Below, in pieces: positions 52,817 to 61,898 of a stretch of DNA of 64,000 nucleotides (position 1 is the stretch's first letter; each line of letters opens with the position of its first letter). The stretch spans positions 52,025-116,024 of the forward strand of contig JAFVUE010000003.1 in NCBI GenBank assembly GCA_017502845.1, read 5' to 3'. Origin of the DNA: Clostridia bacterium (GTDB taxonomy: Bacteria; Bacillota; Clostridia; UMGS1810). Position numbers and translations under genes: made by a program. The notes below the pieces were generated by a model, which was not told the DNA's origin, ran no database searches, and worked only from the letters and a program-made list of their open reading frames with translations.

Positions 52817-53416
52817 TCAGTACTGACTGAGGATTGCCTTGATTGATTCGTTTCCGTAAAGACCGGTGAACGTTACTATGTACCAGTTGCCCTGAATCTT
52901 CGCAACTACTATCTCTCCGCTTTGTGTTTCCTCGGAAACATCGCCTTTCACAGTAACCCCAACCTCAAAAACATGGAGTTCGCTCACATAATTTGCAGGG
53001 TACTCGCAGTTGTCATAAAGATACTTGTTGATTTTCTCAACATCTTCTGGGTTGTATTCCGTAATCGACTTCTGCTCTACCTCAATCTTAAGATTATTTC
53101 CGTATGTACCCTCAAGAGAAGACCTGGTCCTCATGGCATCTTCGTTAAATTTATCAATGGCATCGGCTTCGTCTGCAAACAGTTCTTCCAAAACGGCCTG
53201 TTCAAAGAGAAAAGGATGAATGGACACCCTGAACATAGTTTCGCCGTCTGCATTCTCAAGAGAATCGTAATATCTTGTTACCGTTCCCCATGAATTTTCG
53301 ACTGTTGCTTCCTCTGCAGGTTCAACTGCAGGAGTTACTGCGGGTTCTTTAGTGCCACAAGCACAAAGGGATAAAAGCATAAGTGCCGATAAAACAAATG
53401 ACAATACTTTTTTCAT
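52817..53416 (-). CDS. Lipoprotein, function unknown; paralog of 53980-54531
   Basis: Lipobox LLSLCACG. Shared block YNPEDVEKINKYLYDNCEYPANYVSEL versus YNKDDAKKINIYLKEAHGYPANYVTEV. Confidence 0.7.
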   Translation of the reverse strand: MKKVLSFVLSALMLLSLCACGTKEPAVTPAVEPAEEATVENSWGTVTRYYDSLENADGETMFRVSIHPFLFEQAVLEELFADEADAIDKFNEDAMRTRSSLEGTYGNNLKIEVEQKSITEYNPEDVEKINKYLYDNCEYPANYVSELHVFEVGVTVKGDVSEETQSGEIVVAKIQGNWYIVTFTGLYGNESIKAILSQY

Positions 53417-53438
53417 GATGAATTCCTCACTGTAAAAA

Positions 53439-53957
53439 TCAATTCACAAACAAATGTTTTCTCTTGGAGAAATATATATGCGACAGGCACACTATACTGC
53501 TCGTTACGGCTATGTTTGCAAGGATTCCGGGAACTACGGCAAACACCTTGCCCACAGCAAAACCACAACAAAGGTTATACACAACACTTGGGATAACAGG
53601 AGCAACATAAAGAACGATTATCAGCAAAGGCACATTCTTCTTCATACCTTTTAACTGCCACCATACATATCCCTTGAAAAGCGCAAACAGCAACACCACT
53701 ATGCCATACACAACATCGAAGATTTTAACCATCGGGTAAGTAGCGTATATAGCAGAGGGATCCAACCCTTCGGCAGCATAGATCAAACCCGTCAAAAACT
53801 GAAGGCCTTTGGATATGTCATCAAGTGTGCCGAAAATAAGGATTATAAGCAAAAGCTTGTACCATTTCATTCCTATGCCGGACTCAGCTCTTCCTGCCCC
53901 GCCAAGACCGTTTCTTCCATCAACACTTAAAACTCTTTCTTTCTTTTCGTTTTTCAT
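53439..53957 (-). CDS. Integral membrane protein (about 4 TM), function unknown
   Basis: Hydrophobic segments WYKLLLIILIFGTL, VVYGIVVLLFALF, PLLIIVLYVAPVIPSVV and ILANIAVTSSIVCL; GAGGA RBS 5 nt before ATG 53957. Confidence 0.6.
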   Translation of the reverse strand: MKNEKKERVLSVDGRNGLGGAGRAESGIGMKWYKLLLIILIFGTLDDISKGLQFLTGLIYAAEGLDPSAIYATYPMVKIFDVVYGIVVLLFALFKGYVWWQLKGMKKNVPLLIIVLYVAPVIPSVVYNLCCGFAVGKVFAVVPGILANIAVTSSIVCLSHIYFSKRKHLFVN

Positions 53958-53979
53958 ATTTGTCCTCGTTTATTTTTTA

Positions 53980-54531
53980 TTAGTGCTTTTTAATAATTCT
54001 TTCAAGCGCTTCCTTGTCGGGAACACCGGGAAGATTGTTCACATACCACTTGCCGTCAATCTTTGACACAATATATTCTTCTGTGTGGGAACGCCGACCG
54101 CGGCTTCCGGTAATTGTGATTTTTGCAGTTACGACTACAACTTCTGTTACATAATTTGCCGGATAGCCGTGCGCTTCTTTAAGATATATGTTAATCTTTT
54201 TCGCGTCATCTTTATTGTATCTGGTGGAGTTCTTTTTCTCTACGCTGACACTCAAATCCTCACCGAGGTCTTCCTCATAGCTGTCGCATAAGTCCTTTGC
54301 AGTTCTGTCGTACGCGGTATGTATATCGTTTTCGTTCAGGTAAACACTGTCGTCCAGTCGGTCTTCAAGGCGCTGTGGGTCTTCATTAACCTCGAATAAT
54401 GCTTCTCCGTCGCGGTCGATAATGGCCTGATAGTATTTTTTGATTGCACCGACAGCACCATTGTTAAAAGAACATGAACAAAGAGAAACAGCCAGAACAA
54501 TCACAAGCATAAGCGAAATTATTCTTTTCAT
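53980..54531 (-). CDS. Lipoprotein, function unknown; paralog of 52817-53416
   Basis: Lipobox AVSLCSCS; see 52817-53416. Confidence 0.7.
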   Translation of the reverse strand: MKRIISLMLVIVLAVSLCSCSFNNGAVGAIKKYYQAIIDRDGEALFEVNEDPQRLEDRLDDSVYLNENDIHTAYDRTAKDLCDSYEEDLGEDLSVSVEKKNSTRYNKDDAKKINIYLKEAHGYPANYVTEVVVVTAKITITGSRGRRSHTEEYIVSKIDGKWYVNNLPGVPDKEALERIIKKH

Positions 54532-54668
54532 ATAGGATTGCCTCCGTCAAAACGTTGTTCGCCTAATTTTATCATTTATAAAAATGCATGTCAAGGTTTG
54601 CAGGGTGTTTGTAAAGTTATCGCAACAAACCGCCCCACAGAGGCGAAAAACGGGTTTATATATTACCT

Positions 54669-54732
54669 AAAAAGCCCGACGAAAGGCGGGGGGTGCTCCA
54701 TAGGGATAAATCGCCTTTCGTCGGGCTTTTTT
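54669..54732. terminator. Long-stem bidirectional terminator after the EF-G paralog
   Basis: aaaagcccgacgaaaggcg ...24-nt loop... cgcctttcgtcgggctttt. Confidence 0.8.
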
Positions 54733-54733
54733 A

Positions 54734-56791
54734 TTATTCTTTCGCGTCCTCTATAATCTTATCATAAAGGTTTCTGGGTGTTTCTTCATAGTGGTCAAAT
54801 TCGAAATCAAAACTGCCTCTGCCGTTTGTGATAGCGCGGAGATCCGTTGCATAGCCAGTCATCTCGGATACGGGAACTTCCGCCACAACCTCGGTCATAT
54901 CGCCATCAAGAGGATTCATACCGAGGATTCTGCCGCGACGTTTGTTGATATCGCCAACAATGTCGCCTGTGTAAGCATTCTTTGCAAGAGCTTTCAGCAT
55001 ACCAATGGGTTCCAGCAGAATAGGATCTGCCTGTGCAAGACCTGTCTTATAAGCAATGGATGCCGCTGTCTTGAACGCCATTTCGGATGAATCTACCGGG
55101 TGGTAAGAACCGTCAAGGAGTGTTGCCTTAAGTCCAACCATGGGATAACCTGCCACAACACCCTGCTTCATGCATTCCTGCAGACCCTTTTCAACCGCGG
55201 GGAAGTAATTCTTGGGTACGCTTCCGCCGAATACTTTTTCTTCAAACACGAGACCGTCTGCACTGTCGCAGGGTTCAAATTCAATCCAGACATGACCGTA
55301 CTGACCATGACCGCCGGACTGTTTCTTGTGCTTTCCTTCAACCTTAACTTTTTTCTTGATTGCCTCACGGTAAGCGATACGCGGCGCGATGAGGTCAACC
55401 GCCACACCGAATTTGCTTGTGAGTTTGCTTGTGATAATAGCAAGGTGCTGGTCGCCTGTACCGGAGATAACCATCTGCTTTGTTTCTTTATTATTCTCAA
55501 CCTTAAAGGTGGGATCTTCTTCCATAAGTTTGGAAAGACCTGCGCTGATCTTCTCTTCATCGCCCTTTGCCTTGGGAACAATCGCCATAGAAAGAACGGG
55601 TTTGGGGAATTTGATTGCCTCTGCCTTAACAACGTTCTTGGGAGAGCAGAGAGTGTCGCCTGTGTCGGTGCAGATAAGTTTTGTTGTAGCACCGATATCA
55701 CCTGCCGCAAGAGAATCAACCTCTACCTGTTTCTTACCGCAGAGAGTGTAGAGTTTCGCAATCTTCTCGTTCTCGCCCTTGTTGGCATTTAAGAGCGTGT
55801 CGTCTTTCTTAACTGTGCCTGAAAGAACTTTGAATATGCTCATCTTACCAACATAGTTATCTACGACTGTCTTGAATACCTGCAGACAAACAGATGCGCC
55901 GCTGTCTGCCTTAACCTCAACAGGTTCGCCCTTTGCATCCTCGCAGGATACATGGTTAATCTCGTTTGGTGCGGGCATATATTCATACATCATATGGATA
56001 AGGCGGTGGATACCGATCTGCTCTGTTGCACTGCCGCAGATAACGGGAACGAGAGAACCGTCTTCAACACCCTGTTTGATAGAAACACGGATTTCTTCAT
56101 CTGTGAATTCTTCGCCGTTGAAGTATTTTTCCATCATTTCTTCGCTAACCTCGGCAACTGCTTCCAGGAGCATATCTCTGCCTTCGTTTGCAAGAGCCAT
56201 CATGTTGTCTGGAATTTCTTTATACACTGGGTCTTTTGCAGTAAAATCTTTCTGCTGCATTGTAACGATATCAATATAACCTGTGAATGTATCGCCGTTC
56301 TTGATAGGATATGTAAAGGGAGCAACGGATTTACCGAAAGTTTCCTTTAACTGATGGATAACGTTGTCATAGTCTGCCTTAGGGCTATCCATTTTGTTTA
56401 CGAAGAATACAACGGGGATGCCGTGCGCCTTCGCAAGTTCCCACGCCTTTTCTGTACCTGCAGAAACGCCTGATTTACCGCTGACAACGATAATTGCACC
56501 GTCTGCTGCAGTAACTGCCTGAATCTGTTCTCCAACGAAATCGAAATATCCGGGAGCATCTATAAGATTAATCTTGTGGTCTTTCCACATAATCGGAATA
56601 ACAGATGAATTAATGGATGTCTGTCTCTTAATCTCTTCTGCATCATAGTCAGATACAGTATTTCCGTCCATGATATTACCTTTGCGCTCGATTGCCTTTG
56701 TCTCAAAAAGCATTGCCTCGCACAGAGTTGTCTTACCTGCATTGCCATGGGAGAGCAAACATACATTTTTAATTTTGTCGGTACTTATCAT
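54734..56791 (-). CDS. Elongation factor G paralog (EF-G2-like translational GTPase) with non-canonical G3 motif
   Basis: G1 SHGNAGKTT, G3 DAPGYFDF (canonical EF-G has DTPGHVDF) and G4 NKMD; domains II-V recognisable (GKMSIFKVLSGTV..., GDQHLAII, EPI...). Confidence 0.85.
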   Translation of the reverse strand: MISTDKIKNVCLLSHGNAGKTTLCEAMLFETKAIERKGNIMDGNTVSDYDAEEIKRQTSINSSVIPIMWKDHKINLIDAPGYFDFVGEQIQAVTAADGAIIVVSGKSGVSAGTEKAWELAKAHGIPVVFFVNKMDSPKADYDNVIHQLKETFGKSVAPFTYPIKNGDTFTGYIDIVTMQQKDFTAKDPVYKEIPDNMMALANEGRDMLLEAVAEVSEEMMEKYFNGEEFTDEEIRVSIKQGVEDGSLVPVICGSATEQIGIHRLIHMMYEYMPAPNEINHVSCEDAKGEPVEVKADSGASVCLQVFKTVVDNYVGKMSIFKVLSGTVKKDDTLLNANKGENEKIAKLYTLCGKKQVEVDSLAAGDIGATTKLICTDTGDTLCSPKNVVKAEAIKFPKPVLSMAIVPKAKGDEEKISAGLSKLMEEDPTFKVENNKETKQMVISGTGDQHLAIITSKLTSKFGVAVDLIAPRIAYREAIKKKVKVEGKHKKQSGGHGQYGHVWIEFEPCDSADGLVFEEKVFGGSVPKNYFPAVEKGLQECMKQGVVAGYPMVGLKATLLDGSYHPVDSSEMAFKTAASIAYKTGLAQADPILLEPIGMLKALAKNAYTGDIVGDINKRRGRILGMNPLDGDMTEVVAEVPVSEMTGYATDLRAITNGRGSFDFEFDHYEETPRNLYDKIIEDAKE

Positions 56792-57062
56792 GATAAATCA
56801 TCCTCTCTTGATTAGGGGTATATCCCCTTTGTGTTGATATATTTCGTCCTTTAATAGGTTATATAAAATATGAATTGGTTATATAAACATATAAAAAGGT
56901 GCCGATACTTAAATAAATTCTATATCAGCAGAAAAACTCCTTTTTTATTCAGCACTTTGGCATGACGAAATATAGAGCGTTTTTATGTGCATATTGCACA
57001 AAACCCGTTTACAAAGATTATGATAAATAAGCAGAAAATTACAAAGATTTCCCCACAAAAAT

Positions 57063-57100
57063 AAAGAAACGGGGTGCTTCCGCACTCCGTTTCTTTATTT
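57063..57100 (-). terminator. Rho-independent terminator after cotH
   Basis: Stem aaagaaacgg / ccgtttcttt with additional inner pairing, followed by a T-rich run on the minus strand. Confidence 0.75.
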
Positions 57101-57102
57101 AC

Positions 57103-58716
57103 CTATTCACTATTCACTTTTTCACTATTACTTCTTACCTCAAGAGGTTTTCCGCCCATCATCTGTCCCATTATATTTATATCTATTGAAGATGCATCAA
57201 CAAGTGCAGAACTGTCTGTTCGTTGTCCCTCGGTGGTGGAGGGGATTGTTCCTGCAAGTTGTCCACGGACACTTTCGGCACGGAACTTGAGCACATCATA
57301 GAGCATATCTGCGGCCATCACGTACTCATCATAACTGTACATAGCGGTGGGATCTGCCTTCACAAGTTCGTCAATCTGTGAGCGAATGCGATTATATGTG
57401 GCATCAAATCTTCCGCTGTCGAAATACCCCGAAATCAGTTCATTATAATATTCGTGGTATTTTGCTCTGTAGGCCTCAGTGTTCAACAGGGGATCAAAAA
57501 ATGTTGTGGAACTGTATGAGTCGTCTATGGGATCGTTTACCATAGACGATGCATCACGGCTATGCATACCGCCAAATGCGAGATTATAATCCCAGGGGAG
57601 GATGTTCAGTTTTCCCCCTGATTCGTAAAGGTAGTAGTTATGTGCCATTCCTCCGCTTAAACTGTCCTCGTTGACAGCGAAATTGTGCACCGCCATATAT
57701 CTCAAAATATTGTCAACATCCATATATTTCTCTATATTGGTGGAAGTGCCGATATTTTTAAGCGCCTCTACCACACGAAGCTTTGCCGCATCGTCAACGG
57801 ATGTTTTTGCGCTGTTCCATATTGCAGAGTAACTGTCGGGATTGTCGTCGATATAGTTAAGGTTGGCACCGTTTCCGCTTCCCCGTGCGCCAAAACCGCC
57901 GAAGTTACCGCCGTCGGGACGTTTGAATTCTCCGTTCTCTCGGATTTGGCGGAATTCTTCTTCCGTTTCTTCTCTTGTCATACCCCCAAAGGGGTTTTCG
58001 CCGTTATTGCGCCTCTCGCCTCCCGTCATCTGTGGTGGCTGAAAATTATTGCTTTCGCCTTTTTCGCCACGGTTACTGAAGCCCATATTGTCGGGTTTGT
58101 AGAGATTTCCTTTTTCTCCGCCGTAATTGCGAAGCAAAAAACTGTCCTCAACGCCCTCTAATGCAAGGTATACCCCCCAATACTCGCCGTTTACGGACAC
58201 TTTGGCAAAATTATAAAGAGGGGCATCTGCACCTAGATACGAGAACATATCGTATATTATTGCCTCTTTCATAAAAGTGGCATCGGCGTATCCGTTATTG
58301 AGCACCAGTTTGTCAAGACCAAAGCAAGTCTGCCCGTCTACAAAACGGTCAAACTCCACCTTGAAACTGTAACGGTTGTTGTCGGGATCTCTCGCAATGG
58401 TAGAAAGACTCGTGTTTCCCTTGGGACGTATGCCAACTTTATAAAAACTCTCGCCGTTGATGGAAATATCACACTCATAGTATTCCTCCGCCATAGCGTT
58501 ATTCATCATTTCCTCCCACTTGGCAGATTCAATGGTAATATTTATATCAATACCGTTTTCCGTATTGAAGAGTTTTTCTTCATACTCCATGGCGTAACCC
58601 TGCACACCTACCGTAACGGCAAGTTGCTCGGAATAAATCATTCCAACTATGCACAGCACAAGTACAATGGATATTAAAACTATGCCAATCTTCGTTATAT
58701 GTTTGCTTGAAATCAT
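57103..58716 (-). CDS. cotH: CotH-family atypical protein kinase, N-terminally membrane-anchored (extracytoplasmic)
   Basis: TM segment ITKIGIVLISIVLVLCIVGMIY. CotH-type blocks LVLNNGYADATFMKEAIIYDMFSYLGADAPLYNFAKVSVNGEYWGVYLALEGVEDSFL, NLYKPD and HNYYLYE...LNILPWDYNLAFG. Confidence 0.8.
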   Translation of the reverse strand: MISSKHITKIGIVLISIVLVLCIVGMIYSEQLAVTVGVQGYAMEYEEKLFNTENGIDINITIESAKWEEMMNNAMAEEYYECDISINGESFYKVGIRPKGNTSLSTIARDPDNNRYSFKVEFDRFVDGQTCFGLDKLVLNNGYADATFMKEAIIYDMFSYLGADAPLYNFAKVSVNGEYWGVYLALEGVEDSFLLRNYGGEKGNLYKPDNMGFSNRGEKGESNNFQPPQMTGGERRNNGENPFGGMTREETEEEFRQIRENGEFKRPDGGNFGGFGARGSGNGANLNYIDDNPDSYSAIWNSAKTSVDDAAKLRVVEALKNIGTSTNIEKYMDVDNILRYMAVHNFAVNEDSLSGGMAHNYYLYESGGKLNILPWDYNLAFGGMHSRDASSMVNDPIDDSYSSTTFFDPLLNTEAYRAKYHEYYNELISGYFDSGRFDATYNRIRSQIDELVKADPTAMYSYDEYVMAADMLYDVLKFRAESVRGQLAGTIPSTTEGQRTDSSALVDASSIDINIMGQMMGGKPLEVRSNSEKVNSE

Positions 58717-58729
58717 ACAAATCTTCCTA

Positions 58730-59197
58730 TCAGTAATTCTTTCTCTTATAGAATATCACGAACACAAACGCCAATCCAAGCAAAACAACCGAGGTAATTG
58801 GAGTGGCGTATGTAGTCAGAAATCCGTAAAAAGTCATTGGCTGTGTTTCTGTCGGTTGTTGCTGCTGTTGCTGTTCCCAGGGTGCACCGCCTCTTGGGGG
58901 CTGCATACCAAACTGACCGCCGCCTTGTGAATTTCCCTCCGGCGGTGTCTGTGGATTTTGCGTGTTTTCCGCGGGTGTTACGGGTTGAACCGGTTGTGGA
59001 TTTTCTGCAGGTTCACCATTCTGCGGCATCTGCGGTCTCTCGACCTGAGGCATATTCTCGGGGTTGAATTGACCTCTGCGGGGCATATTTTCTCCTGAAA
59101 ACTGCGGCATTTCACCTGTAACAACTTCTTCGGCAGAAACAACCGCTACAGAAAGCATAAGGCATATACACAGGGCAATGGTAAATATCTTCTTCAT
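58730..59197 (-). CDS. Secreted Pro/Gln-rich low-complexity protein with C-terminal TM anchor
   Basis: Signal peptide MKKIFTIALCICLMLSVAVVSA, repeats like ENMPQ/PQMPQ/NPQPVQP, a QQQQQQ run and the C-terminal ITSVVLLGLAFVFVIFYKRKNY. The start is moved to ATG 59197 (AAGGGGA RBS). Confidence 0.65.
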   Translation of the reverse strand: MKKIFTIALCICLMLSVAVVSAEEVVTGEMPQFSGENMPRRGQFNPENMPQVERPQMPQNGEPAENPQPVQPVTPAENTQNPQTPPEGNSQGGGQFGMQPPRGGAPWEQQQQQQPTETQPMTFYGFLTTYATPITSVVLLGLAFVFVIFYKRKNY

Positions 59198-59210
59198 ATC
59201 CGTTTTCCCC

Positions 59211-59882
59211 TTACGCCATGTATTCGCCGTTGTAAGTAACCAATACGGCATTGGAAACACCTGCACTTGCAGAAAGTTTGTTTATAAAATCCGTGTTATT
59301 GTCTTTGAGACGAACTTCATAAGTAAGTTCGATACCTGTAGCATTAACTGTCTTTGCCTTGAGCAGATGTTTCTTTGCAGAAGCCGTTACCATTTCTCTG
59401 ACGGTATTCTCTGTGTCATCATCAGAACAATTCACTACAAGGATGTAGGGGGTATTGCCCACTTTTCGGGTGGAAAAAAGAACGATTATAATACCGATAA
59501 TAACAGAGCCGATAATCGCAAGTGGCAGAAGTCCTGCACCGAGAACGATACCCGCACCGATTGCCCAGAAAAGGAAAGCAATATCCATCGGTTCTTTAAC
59601 AGCCGTTCTGAAACGTACGATAGAAAGAGCACCCACCATACCGAGGGAAAGAACTACGTTGGATGTTACTGCGATAATCACAAGGCAGGTAATCATTGCC
59701 ATTGCAATCAGCGAAACGCCGAATGAATCGGAATACATTACGCCTGAATAGGTCTTTTTGTAGATGATGAATATGAACAGTCCCAGCACAAAGGCAAGAC
59801 CGAGTGCAAGGAGCACATCTACCGTTGAGAACGAATTGATGTTCGCCAGAAAACTTGATTTGAATACATCACTGAAAGTCAT
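59211..59882 (-). CDS. DUF4956 domain-containing membrane protein
   Basis: Four to five TM segments and the characteristic LSIVRFRTAVKEPMDIAFLFWAIGAGI block (family name from memory). Confidence 0.75.
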   Translation of the reverse strand: MTFSDVFKSSFLANINSFSTVDVLLALGLAFVLGLFIFIIYKKTYSGVMYSDSFGVSLIAMAMITCLVIIAVTSNVVLSLGMVGALSIVRFRTAVKEPMDIAFLFWAIGAGIVLGAGLLPLAIIGSVIIGIIIVLFSTRKVGNTPYILVVNCSDDDTENTVREMVTASAKKHLLKAKTVNATGIELTYEVRLKDNNTDFINKLSASAGVSNAVLVTYNGEYMA

Positions 59883-59900
59883 AATATTTTTCCTCTCTTT

Positions 59901-60566
59901 TTATATTCTTACTGCGGCGTACTTGGAGAATGCACCGCTACGCCGACTTTTAATCTGCACACAATTGCGGATGATTTCGGGAAGGAACTCATCCCATTTG
60001 ACCTCAATCACTGCCGTGGTCATAAGCGTTGAACAGGGCAAGTCGGGATTTAAGAATTCCCTCACGTTTGCCGAGCCGCTTATGTGGGAATCAATTGTAA
60101 CCCGAACATTTCCCGGTGCATACACAAAACTTTCACGGGTGTATGTTACGATAGACTTGGGGCGGAGCAACTGATACCGCATCTTGGCGTATAATTCCTG
60201 TTTTAAGGGGGCTCCGCTTTCTTTTAAGAAATCTATATCCCCGTCAATTATCTTACTGCACTCTTCTGCAGTAAGAGGTGCGCTAACTTTGTTGCATAAT
60301 CCGTTTATCTTGCTCTTTTTCTCAAGGCGGATAAAGGTTAAGTCATTGCCGTAGTACCGTATACGGAACTTTTCGCGGTTTCGCACACCGTCAACCTTTT
60401 CCCGAAGTGCTTTGTCGATGTAATTGTCAAAATACAAACTCTTTACCGTATATGTACCGTCTTCTCCGCAATGCTCATCTCTTTTCATCACGGCACATAG
60501 ACGGGTTTGGAGTTCTTTCATATCCGCACCGTTTATAATGTGTTTGTGTTCATGTCGGAATTTCAA
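59901..60566 (-). CDS. VTC domain-containing protein (polyphosphate-polymerase-like triphosphate tunnel fold)
   Basis: N-terminal FRHEHKH (RxExK tunnel motif), YTVKSLYFDN and REKFRIRYYG. TTG start at 60566, 8 nt after a GGAGG RBS. Confidence 0.7.
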   Translation of the reverse strand: MKFRHEHKHIINGADMKELQTRLCAVMKRDEHCGEDGTYTVKSLYFDNYIDKALREKVDGVRNREKFRIRYYGNDLTFIRLEKKSKINGLCNKVSAPLTAEECSKIIDGDIDFLKESGAPLKQELYAKMRYQLLRPKSIVTYTRESFVYAPGNVRVTIDSHISGSANVREFLNPDLPCSTLMTTAVIEVKWDEFLPEIIRNCVQIKSRRSGAFSKYAAVRI

Positions 60567-60658
60567 AGGTTTGCCTCCTTTCGCACAATTTCAACTGTAC
60601 TTATAATAACACACTTTTTCAACAGTTTTGTGAAAATAATGTAAATTTTTCGTAAATA

Positions 60659-60692
60659 CAAAAAATCCCACAGGGGTGAATTCCTTTGGGAT
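60659..60692 (-). terminator. Rho-independent terminator after the yczE-like gene
   Basis: Stem atcccacagg / cctttgggat (one mismatch) followed by TTTTTT on the minus strand. Confidence 0.7.
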
Positions 60693-60693
60693 T

Positions 60694-61368
60694 TTATCTT
60701 TTCTTTGACGATATAATTTTTGTAATTGGTTTTGTAAGTACCGCCGTGAAGAATTTTACGAATATTCCCGTTGTAAGTGCTACAATCAGCGTTCCCTCAC
60801 GGATTCCGTGAATTTCTCCACCGAAAAGGAGCATTGATATAATAGCAGATGCCGCCACATAACATATATCAAATACTATTTTTACCATTCCGAATTCTTT
60901 TTTGAGAGTATCGCCAAACACTTTTACAAGTGCTTCACCCGAACTCATCATAACATTTGCAATCACCGCAAGAGAGATACCGAATCCGAGAACAGCCGCA
61001 CCGATTACGGACATGGCAAGTTGCATATAGTATGAATCAACCTCGATAAGCGATGTTATCATCATCCCTATATCGGTAAAATATCCGAATACCGCCGCAA
61101 GAGGTACTTGCAGAAACTGATAAGGTTTGAATTTTTTTCGGAGAATGGCAATCTGGCAGAGGAGCATAAGGAGATTAGTCAGTATAAGCCATGTTCCCAT
61201 TGTCAGAGCAGGGATTTTAATGCTCAATACATTGGCAAGTGATGACACGGGAGATACACCGAGTCCGCCCGCCTTAGTAAAGGCGATTCCAAGCCCCGAG
61301 AAAAACAGACTTATCACAAAGGTGGCGTGTCGTTTTGCTTTTTCTTTCGTTTGCATTGATTCTTTCAC
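60694..61368 (-). CDS. YczE/YitT-like (DUF6198-type) membrane protein
   Basis: FVISLFFSGLGIAFTKAGGLGVSPVSSLANVLS plus about 5 further TM segments. Confidence 0.65.
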   Translation of the reverse strand: MKESMQTKEKAKRHATFVISLFFSGLGIAFTKAGGLGVSPVSSLANVLSIKIPALTMGTWLILTNLLMLLCQIAILRKKFKPYQFLQVPLAAVFGYFTDIGMMITSLIEVDSYYMQLAMSVIGAAVLGFGISLAVIANVMMSSGEALVKVFGDTLKKEFGMVKIVFDICYVAASAIISMLLFGGEIHGIREGTLIVALTTGIFVKFFTAVLTKPITKIISSKKR

Positions 61369-61374
61369 TTCCGT

Positions 61375-61887
61375 TTATTTGTTAAAAGTTCTTACTATCA
61401 CGGGGATAAGTATAAACTGTGTGATAATACCGGGGAGTCCATACAGGAATCCATCTACAACAAACACCTGATAAGAAAACGCCTTGAATCCCATACCAAC
61501 CACAAAGGCCTTTACGATAACACGGACGATTCTGCCGACAATTATAGCAACTGTAAGGGAGCCGAACAAGCCGAAGATATTTCTCTTTCCCCACAGGTAA
61601 TACAGACTTCCTGCCACGGTGGCGTAGGTTGCGAGTTCAAACGCCATGGAGAGCGCGTCAGGCATCTGCGGCATACCGAATATGTACATACGGAGCAGGG
61701 GCGTTGCAAAGCCAACTACAAGTCCGTATTTCCAGCCGCAGATAATTCCGCACAGGATAATCGGCAGGTGCATCGGAAGAAGCGCCTCTCCTAAAAACTC
61801 AATCTGCCCCGTAAGGAACGGAAGAGTAAGTCCCAAACACATAAACATTGCGGAAAGGACAGTATTTTGCATAGTTTTCTTTCTCAT
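61375..61887 (-). CDS. ECF transporter S component (substrate unknown)
   Basis: Six-TM small protein with LPMHLPIILCGIICGWKYGLVVGFATPLL. The start is moved to ATG 61887 (GTGAGGA RBS). Confidence 0.65.
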   Translation of the reverse strand: MRKKTMQNTVLSAMFMCLGLTLPFLTGQIEFLGEALLPMHLPIILCGIICGWKYGLVVGFATPLLRMYIFGMPQMPDALSMAFELATYATVAGSLYYLWGKRNIFGLFGSLTVAIIVGRIVRVIVKAFVVGMGFKAFSYQVFVVDGFLYGLPGIITQFILIPVIVRTFNK

Positions 61888-61898
61888 ATTATATATCC

